Assembly: GCA_963659105.1 (NCBI GenBank) | Contig: CAVKTQ010000003.1 | Span: 13,228 to 56,655 of the forward strand | DNA length: 43,428 bases | Direction: 5' to 3' | Source: Firmicutes bacterium CAG:238 | GTDB lineage: Bacteria > Bacillota > Clostridia > Christensenellales > CAG-917 | Shown here: positions 27,122 to 34,010 of the stretch, piece by piece | Position numbering within the stretch: the stretch's first letter is position 1 | How the letters are laid out: every line of letters begins with the position of its first letter | Notes under the pieces: model-generated | What the model saw: the letters and a program-made list of their open reading frames with translations, nothing else | Database searches by the model: none | Told to the model about the DNA's origin: nothing | Made by a program: the position numbers and the translations under genes

Positions 27122-28297
27122 ATGGATATCGAAACCTTATCCGACAAACTGCAATTCGTCGCGCTTTATCTTGCCGTCGCGCTCACAGCGGCGTTTATCG
27201 TCGTTGGTTTGCTCGTTCGGTTTTTCAAAAAGGAAAAATTCAACGACTTCAAAAAGTATGCCGTGGGCATAACGACGGGCTTTGCCGTGACTATGGTCGT
27301 GGTGTTTGCCTACGTCAAATTCCAGTGCAACATCGACGATATGCAGGCAAAACTCTTTTACCCCATACTCGCAACGCTCATAACCGTAGTCGCAGGGGCG
27401 ATTGCGATGCTCGTAAGTTCGCTTTTCAGCGACAAGGCGGTCAAGATTTCCTTTATCGTCACCGCCGTTTTGACGCTTGGTTGCTTTATAGCCACAATGG
27501 TGCTTATGGCGCAATACTACGGCGACATCGCAGAGTATTATCCCAAAGCGAATCTCGTCGGAATGATCGTGTCCGCCGTCGTGTTTATGGCGATTATGGT
27601 TGCGATGTGGTTTGTGGGCGACAAACGCAAGATGAGCGACACTCGCTCTATCGTGTACGGCGCAATCTCGATTGCGCTCTCGTTTGCCCTTTCCTATGCG
27701 AAACTTTTCAAACTTCCGCAGGGTGGTTCCGTGACGTTTGCAAGCCTCCTTCCGCTCATGATTTACTGCTGTATGTTCGGCACGAGAAGGGGACTTATCG
27801 TATGCGCGATTTACGGCGTTTTGCAAGCGTTGCAAGATCCGTACATCATTCACCCGATGCAATTTTTGCTCGACTATCCTCTCGCTTTCGGGCTTATCGG
27901 CGTCAGCGGAATATTTATGGAAAAGGGTGTGTTCAAGGACAAAAAAGTGGTTGCGTTCTTGCTCGGCGGCGTGCTTGCCGTTGTGTTGAGATATGCTTGC
28001 CACGTTTGCTCGGGCGTATTTGCGTTTGCAGACTACGCAGACCTTGACAAGTACGACACGGCAATCGCGTACAGCATGGCGTACAACTCGTTTGCGTTTG
28101 TGGATATGCTCATTGCGCTCGTCGCAGGAAGCACGTTGTTTGCTTCGAAATCGTTTTCCGCTCTCATGCAAAAGTCGAGCGACGTGAACAATGCGGCGGA
28201 AGTTAAAACCGAGCAACCGACAGACGACGAAGAAGATTTGGACGAGATAGACAAGCAAATTATTGAAAATCAAGAGAACAAAAACAGCAATCAATAA
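27122..28297 (+). CDS. ThiT-like thiamine transporter (ECF S-component-like C-terminal half) fused to an extra N-terminal multi-TM domain
   Basis: 391 aa. Residues ~180-345 (IVYGAISIALSFALS...GGSVTFASLLPLMIYCCMFGTRRG...YPLAFGLIG) resemble ThiT. The N-terminal ~170 aa add about 5 TM helices, and the C-terminal tail is acidic. Confidence 0.7.
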   Translation: MDIETLSDKLQFVALYLAVALTAAFIVVGLLVRFFKKEKFNDFKKYAVGITTGFAVTMVVVFAYVKFQCNIDDMQAKLFYPILATLITVVAGAIAMLVSSLFSDKAVKISFIVTAVLTLGCFIATMVLMAQYYGDIAEYYPKANLVGMIVSAVVFMAIMVAMWFVGDKRKMSDTRSIVYGAISIALSFALSYAKLFKLPQGGSVTFASLLPLMIYCCMFGTRRGLIVCAIYGVLQALQDPYIIHPMQFLLDYPLAFGLIGVSGIFMEKGVFKDKKVVAFLLGGVLAVVLRYACHVCSGVFAFADYADLDKYDTAIAYSMAYNSFAFVDMLIALVAGSTLFASKSFSALMQKSSDVNNAAEVKTEQPTDDEEDLDEIDKQIIENQENKNSNQ

Positions 28298-28313
28298 TAG
28301 CAGACGGGAAAGA

Positions 28314-28880
28314 GTGCCTGCGGCACAATGATATTGCACTTCGTGCAGTTATATTGTGTCTGCGACACAGTAAGATTCTCGCTCTGCGAGAGTGATATTG
28401 CGGCGTTGCCGCAGTTGCGGAAGATTCAAATTTTCCATATGTCATTCTGAGGGAATGAAGTGACGGCGAGAATCAAGCGAAGCGAAATGCGGCTGTCGCC
28501 TTGATTGCCACGTTACAACGATATTGCTCCTCCACAGTGATTGTGCGCATTTAGCGCAAGCCTACGGCTTTAATTTGCACTTGTGCAAATACAATCACTC
28601 CAAAAATATCGTCGTTCGCAAACCCTTGCAAGCAAGTTTCCTCACTCGACATTGACGCAATGACGATAGGGGGGGACACCCACACTCGAACAGATATTCA
28701 AATATTCCTCAACCCAAACGAAGTTTGGATATCATCGTGCGATATGCACGATATCATCACAACGTGATATCATCGCCATAGGCGATATCATTTAGGTGAG
28801 GCTGGGGAAGCTTCAAATAAAATGCATCGAGGGCGGGACACCCGCGCCCGAATAAAACACCCGCACCGAATAAAACAAAT
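28314..28880. repeat. Mosaic repeat locus R5: hairpin/linker array plus hp (28314-28436), F (28441-28532), unique multi-hairpin segment (28533-28690), hp plus array (28691-28791), T-type module (28796-28880)
   Basis: Hairpins GTGCCtgcGGCAC, TGCACttcGTGCA, TGTGTCtgcGACACA, TCTCGCtctGCGAGA and TGCGGCgttGCCGCA joined by GTGATAT-like linkers. The second array is near-identical to 32443-32520 and 1546-1620. Confidence 0.9.
28441..28532. mobile_element. Foldback element F, copy 3 (inverted, distal terminus degenerate)
   Basis: GTCATTCTGAGGGAATGAAGTGAC... aligns with 32136-32228. The final CTGAATGAC terminus is missing. Confidence 0.7.
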
Positions 28881-28896
28881 TCACCCGAATCAAATC

Positions 28897-28924
28897 AAAA
28901 AGCACGGCAGCGCCGTGCTTTTCC
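28897..28924. terminator. Hairpin terminator between convergent thiT-like and thiN genes
   Basis: AGCACGGC agc GCCGTGCT, flanked by A5 and T4. Confidence 0.65.
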
Positions 28925-29033
28925 GTTAGAAAGGTTTTGGAAAACGATGAATTTTTTTGTTTTCGGTATATATACAATCGAAACGCTCGTTTTATTGGAC
29001 AAAAACAAGAAAAAATTCAATTTTTTTGAAAAT

Positions 29034-29636
29034 TCATCGTTTTATGTATCTGAACACGAATACGCCGCCTCGTTTGACGTTGATGTGAATCTTTCCGCCG
29101 AGCGATACGTTGCTTAGTCCGCGCGATGAGCAAGAGGCGAGAACAAGTTCGTCAAGAGGGTATTCGAGATTCTTCGAATCGCTCACAAGCGCGCTTTCGC
29201 CGTAGGGAAGGATGGATATGGTTTCGCCCTTTTGAGTGGGCATATCGAACTCGCCCTCGACGTAATAGATGTCCAAACCGTCTTCCTCGGCTTTTGCACT
29301 CATACCGAGAGAGTGGGCAAGGCGCATAATGGAAAGGTTGCAAAGGACGTGGTCCACTCTGCCGCCAGTTATGCCGTAAAACACGAGAGAGTCGGCGTTA
29401 TACGTTTCTTTTGCGTAGTACACGGCAAGTTCGCCGTCGCTTGCGTCCTTGTGAGGATTGTGCTCGACGAGGGGAATGTCGATACCCTCGGGTTTTTCGA
29501 GAGAATCGAAATCGCCGAGTATGACGTCGGGCGTCACGGTGCATACGTTGAAACCGCCGTCGCAACATACGACTTTGTCGCCTTTGATTTTGCGCTTTAT
29601 TTCGCTTCCGCAATTGAGAACAATGGATACTTGCAT
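29034..29636 (-). CDS. thiN: Thiamine pyrophosphokinase
   Basis: 200 aa starting at ATG 29636. Contains ILGDFDS and GITGGRVDH motifs typical of TPK. The 319-aa ORF extension lacks support. Confidence 0.82.
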   Translation of the reverse strand: MQVSIVLNCGSEIKRKIKGDKVVCCDGGFNVCTVTPDVILGDFDSLEKPEGIDIPLVEHNPHKDASDGELAVYYAKETYNADSLVFYGITGGRVDHVLCNLSIMRLAHSLGMSAKAEEDGLDIYYVEGEFDMPTQKGETISILPYGESALVSDSKNLEYPLDELVLASCSSRGLSNVSLGGKIHINVKRGGVFVFRYIKR

Positions 29637-29765
29637 AAAAACAGTGTAGCACGGCGAGAGAATTTTTGCAATTTTTGTCGCAGTATTTTTCAAAACTGCT
29701 ATTGAAAATGTATGTTTTATTGTATATAATACACTTATAAAACCTTGTTTTTGAGGGATGCGCAT

Positions 29766-30692
29766 ATGAAAGAGTTCAAACTCAAAAGTTTTGACAACAC
29801 CGAGATTTACTGCAGGCTTTGGGATGACGCGGACAATCCAAAAGGCGTCATTCAACTCGTGCACGGTATGAGCGAGTACGCAGGTCGCTACGACGAGTTT
29901 GCTCGCTACCTCAACACGAGAGGCTACATAGTGTTCGGCGACGACCACCGCGCGCACGGACTCACCGAAACAGACCAAAATCGAGGCAAGCATCCCGGCA
30001 ATATTTTCAAAAAGACGTTAAAAGACGAGTTGTTCTTCCGCGAGTGGCTCAAGTCGCAATACAATCTGCCCGTGTTCCTTATGGGACACAGCTACGGCAG
30101 TTTCCTCTCGCAGGCGTTTGCGCAAGAGGGTACGGACGTAAAGGCAATCGCGCTCATAGGCTCGGGGCATATGAGAGATTTGTTCAATCTCGGCAAAATC
30201 GTCGTCGCTCCGATATTCCTTGTAGCGAGAAACTGGCGTCCGCGCGTCGTCAACTTTGTGAGCGACAACTTCCAAAAATTCAAGGGCGACGAGGGCAAAT
30301 TGCAGTGGGCAAACAGCGTCCGCGCAAGGCGCGAGGACGTGCTTGCAGATCCGCTCGCACACCAAAATATGTCCGTCGGCTTCGACTTCTATATGATGAA
30401 GGAAACTTCCAAACTGTACGGCAAAAAAGCGCAGGCAAAACTCAATCCGGCAACCGCAATAGGCATCTTTTCGGGCGACGCGGACTCCGTCGGACAAATG
30501 GGCAAAGGCGTCAAAAAACTCGACAAGATGTACAGACAAAACGGTATCAAAACCGAATTGCATCTCTACCACGGCGCAAGACACGAGGTGTTTTACGATT
30601 GGTGCGGCGAGCAAATGCAAAAAGACGTCGCCGACTTTTTCGACAAATTCATCATCTACGAGCAAACCAGCATAGACGATTTGTGTAAATAA
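29766..30692 (+). CDS. Alpha/beta hydrolase (lysophospholipase / monoacylglycerol-lipase-like)
   Basis: ATG 29766 follows GAGGGA. It has the HGMSEYAGRY motif and the nucleophile elbow GHSYG. Confidence 0.8.
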   Translation: MKEFKLKSFDNTEIYCRLWDDADNPKGVIQLVHGMSEYAGRYDEFARYLNTRGYIVFGDDHRAHGLTETDQNRGKHPGNIFKKTLKDELFFREWLKSQYNLPVFLMGHSYGSFLSQAFAQEGTDVKAIALIGSGHMRDLFNLGKIVVAPIFLVARNWRPRVVNFVSDNFQKFKGDEGKLQWANSVRARREDVLADPLAHQNMSVGFDFYMMKETSKLYGKKAQAKLNPATAIGIFSGDADSVGQMGKGVKKLDKMYRQNGIKTELHLYHGARHEVFYDWCGEQMQKDVADFFDKFIIYEQTSIDDLCK

Positions 30693-30803
30693 AAACATAT
30701 CGCAAAAGTCCTGCTTTTCGGATGCGCCTCAAAAGTTAGGTATTTAGGTATCACTTTTGGGTGTAAATCGTTTTTGAGAGGACTTTTGTTTTTGAGGAAT
30801 GAA

Positions 30804-31751
30804 ATGAAAGTCACAATACCTTCGGGATTTAAGATAGGACACTACAACGACGACTTCACGGGCGTCAGCGTCATCCTTGCGCCAAACGGCGCAGTTGGCG
30901 GAGTGGATTGCAGAGGCGGCGCACCCGGTACGAGGGAAACCGACCTTCTGCACAACGAAAAAATGATGCAAAAGGTGAATGCAATCGTGCTGTCGGGCGG
31001 CTCGGCATACGGACTTGCCTCAACCGTCGGCGTTATGGAATACCTCAAAGAGCAGGGCAAAGGCTATCGCTCGATGGGCAAAATCGTACCCATAGTCTGC
31101 GGTGCGGTTTTGTACGACCTCAACCAAAAGGAATATCACTATCCGACGGCAGAATATGGACTTAAAGCGTGCCAAAACGCCGCAAAAACCCTCGATTTCG
31201 GCAATATCGGCGCAGGAAAGGGCGCAACTGTCGGCAAAATCAGAGGCTTGAAAAACGCTTGCAAAAGCGGCGTCGGCGCGGCAACGGTCAAAGTGCTCGG
31301 CGTGAATGTGACGGCAATCGTCGCAGTCAACGCAATGGGCGACGTGGTTGACGAAACGGGCAAAATCATCGCAGGCGCAAAGGGGCGCAACGGCGAGTTT
31401 ATCGACACCGAAAAGTGCCTTGCAAGCGGCGACGCAATGAAACTCTTGCTTGGCACAAACACCACCATCGGTTGTATAATCACCGACGCGAAACTTTCAA
31501 AAGTCGAGGCAAACTCGATTGCGAGCATATCCCACAACGGGCTTGCAAGGGCAATCCGCCCCGTGCATACCATGTATGACGGCGACACGATGTTTTGTAT
31601 GGCAAGCGGCAAACGTGCCGTTATGAATCTTGCCATAATCCAATCCGCCGCAGTCGAAGCCACAAGACAAGCGATTGTCAACGCCGTGCGAGAAAGCGCA
31701 ACCTATGACATAATCTTCGACCAAGACGAGCAGGACAACCAACAACTCTAA
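30804..31751 (+). CDS. P1 (DmpA/ornithine acetyltransferase-like, S58) family aminopeptidase
   Basis: ATG 30804 follows GAGGAA. N-terminus GFKIGHYNDDFTGVSVILAPNGAVGGVDCRGGAPGTRETDLL is typical of the family. Confidence 0.8.
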   Translation: MKVTIPSGFKIGHYNDDFTGVSVILAPNGAVGGVDCRGGAPGTRETDLLHNEKMMQKVNAIVLSGGSAYGLASTVGVMEYLKEQGKGYRSMGKIVPIVCGAVLYDLNQKEYHYPTAEYGLKACQNAAKTLDFGNIGAGKGATVGKIRGLKNACKSGVGAATVKVLGVNVTAIVAVNAMGDVVDETGKIIAGAKGRNGEFIDTEKCLASGDAMKLLLGTNTTIGCIITDAKLSKVEANSIASISHNGLARAIRPVHTMYDGDTMFCMASGKRAVMNLAIIQSAAVEATRQAIVNAVRESATYDIIFDQDEQDNQQL

Positions 31752-31768
31752 TCGATGGGCGGGGACAA

Positions 31769-32590
31769 TGCCTTAGGCACAATGAAATGCACGCAAGCGT
31801 GCGTGAAATTGCGCAAAAATCATCGCATAGGCAACGGCAACACGCAAGTGTGCGTATCGCCGAGAGCCTTGCTCGATTTATTGCGCAACTACCGCGCAGA
31901 GAATCTTTGCTATCAAAATAAGACGGATAAACAATCAAGCCGCAGTTTCGCAAGATTATCTGCTTGGTGAAGCGCACTTCGTGCGCAGTTGAGCGGAAGA
32001 TTTGAATATTCCATAACCCAAACGAAGTTTGGATATCATCGTGCAATATGCACGATATCATCACAGCGTGATATCATCGCCGCAGGCGATATCATTGCAC
32101 AGAGCGCAATAGCGGATAAATTGAATAATCCATATGTCATTCTGAGGGAACGGAGTTACCGTGAGAATCAAGCTTAGCGCAATGCGGTTGTCGCCTTGAT
32201 TCCTACGTCGCAACGATGTTGCTTCTCTGAATGACAAGCGCAAAAATCATCGCATTAGCAACGGCAACACGCAAGTTTGCGTATCGCCGAGAGCCGTGCT
32301 CTATTTATTGCGCTACTAACCGCGCAGAGAATTTGCGCTATCAGTTCAAGCACAAATAAAACCTCACGCCACAATTTCGCCAAATTATCTGCTTGGTGAA
32401 GCGCACTTCGTGCGCAGGATGAGGATTCAAATATTCCGCAACCCAAACGAAGTTTGGATATCATCGTGCAATATGCACGATATCATCACAACGTGATATC
32501 ACCGCCATAGGCGATATCATTTATGTGAGGATGGCGAATCTTCAAATAAAATACATCGAGGGCGGAACACCCGCACCCGAATAAATTATT
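31769..32590. repeat. Mosaic repeat locus R6 (most complete): mini-array, L (31810-32012), array (32018-32110), hp, F (32136-32235), L (32236-32440), array (32443-32520), T-type module (32521-32590)
   Basis: Two tandem L copies are visibly similar over about 200 nt. The arrays carry ATATCAT linkers. The module order largely parallels R1. Confidence 0.92.
32136..32235. mobile_element. Foldback element F, copy 4 (full length, inverted relative to copies 1 and 2)
   Basis: GTCATTCTGAGGGAACGG...GCTTCTCTGAATGAC, flanked by TCC-ATAT on the left and AAGCGCAAAAATC (start of L) on the right. Confidence 0.8.
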
Positions 32591-32611
32591 CGCAGAAAAC
32601 AAACAAAATTT

Positions 32612-33733
32612 ATGAACATCAGCATAATGCTCAAACCGGCGTCGTCAAATTGTAATTTGCGATGCAAATATTGTTTTTACAACTCGCTTTCAAGCCAACG
32701 CGAGATGCCTTCGCACGGGCTTATGAGCGAGCAAACCTTGCGCGCCACGCTCAAAAAAGCGTTCGATTTTGCAGGAGACGACAGAGTTATGCTCTCCTTT
32801 CAAGGCGGCGAGCCGCTGCTTGCAGGCAAGGACTTTTTCAGAAAACTGCACGAGATTATACGTCAACTTAACGTCAATCGCGCGCCCGTCAGCATAGGCA
32901 TTCAAACCAACGGCACGCTCATCGACGACGAGTGGTGTTCCATTTTCAAACGCGGCGGCTATCTCGTCGGATTGAGCCTCGACGGCGACGAACTTGCCGA
33001 CTCTCTGCGCATTGACGCAAACGGCAATCAAACGTTTCCTCGCGTTCTCGAAAGCGCGAAACTTATGCAAAAATACGGAGTGAATTTCAACATTCTCACC
33101 GTGCTTACGAAGCAAGCCGCAAACAGAATCGTGCCGATATACAACTTTTTCAAAAAGCAAAAATTCAAGCACTTGCAGTTTATCCCTATGTTGAAGCCCT
33201 TGCGCCTCGACGAGTCGGGCAAGCCATCTTGCGCAAAAACCTACGGCGAGCCGTTCCCGAGCGAGGACGAAAACTACGTTATGTCGGGCGAGGATTACTA
33301 CAAGTTTTTGCAAAAATGCTTCTCGCTCTATCTTAAAGACTGTATGGACGGCAAGTATACTTCGGTAAGGCAATTCGACAATTTCGTACGGCTTGCGCAT
33401 TTTCAAAACTGCGAGCAATGCGGAATGGAAGGACATTGTTGTCATCAGTTCGTCATCGAGGGCGACGGCGAAGTGTATCCTTGCGACTTCTATTGCCTCG
33501 ATTGCTACGATATGGGCAACATAAACGACACGGACTTCTTCGCACTGTCCAAGCACCCCATAGCCGTCGAGTTTATCAAAGAAAGTATGGTCGTAGAGGA
33601 AAAGTGCAAGACGTGCAAGTACTTTGCGCTGTGCAAAAACGGTTGCAAACGCGAGCGTATCGACATCGACAAATGCGAAGCGTACAAAAAGTTTTTTGCC
33701 TACGCCTTGCCTCACTTGCAACGCATAAGTTGA
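32612..33733 (+). CDS. Radical SAM / SPASM-domain enzyme (anaerobic sulfatase-maturase-like)
   Basis: 373 aa. N-terminal CNLRCKYCF (Cx3Cx2C) and a C-terminal Cys-rich SPASM region (CEQCG...HCCHQ...CDFYC...CKTCKYFALCKNGC). No obvious RBS. Confidence 0.85.
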   Translation: MNISIMLKPASSNCNLRCKYCFYNSLSSQREMPSHGLMSEQTLRATLKKAFDFAGDDRVMLSFQGGEPLLAGKDFFRKLHEIIRQLNVNRAPVSIGIQTNGTLIDDEWCSIFKRGGYLVGLSLDGDELADSLRIDANGNQTFPRVLESAKLMQKYGVNFNILTVLTKQAANRIVPIYNFFKKQKFKHLQFIPMLKPLRLDESGKPSCAKTYGEPFPSEDENYVMSGEDYYKFLQKCFSLYLKDCMDGKYTSVRQFDNFVRLAHFQNCEQCGMEGHCCHQFVIEGDGEVYPCDFYCLDCYDMGNINDTDFFALSKHPIAVEFIKESMVVEEKCKTCKYFALCKNGCKRERIDIDKCEAYKKFFAYALPHLQRIS

Positions 33734-33781
33734 AAAATAGGCGGAATAGGGCATAGTTTTTGAGATAAAAACTATGGAAGA

Positions 33782-33891
33782 AACCGCAAAAAAACCGCAA
33801 AAAAACCGCAAAGAAACCGCAAAAAAACCGCAAAGAAACCGCAAAGAAACCGCAAAGAAACCGCAAAGAAACCGCAAAGAAACCGCAAAAA
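33782..33891. repeat. Tandem repeat: 10 units of 11 bp (AACCGCAAA[G/A]A)
   Basis: Units start at 33782, 33793 ... 33881. A-tracts recur every 11 bp. A 41-codon ORF (33774-33899) runs through the repeat. Confidence 0.97.
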
Positions 33892-33926
33892 ATCAATAAA
33901 AAATCACGATAAAAACCATAAAAACC

Positions 33927-33960
33927 GACAAAAAAATACGCTCGATTGCCGAGCGTATTT
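33927..33960 (-). terminator. Intrinsic terminator of the GtrA-like gene
   Basis: AAATACGCTCG attgc CGAGCGTATTT, with T7 following on the minus strand. Confidence 0.75.
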
Positions 33961-34010
33961 CCGTTGTAACGATATGGATTTTTGTGCCGAATCGATTTTT
34001 ACAATGCAGA

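Noticed and set aside
29637-29993. N-terminal extension of the thiamine pyrophosphokinase ORF (319 aa)
   Set aside because: The extension is antisense to the start of the alpha/beta hydrolase gene and its promoter region and has no family similarity. TPK homology begins at the Met at 29636.
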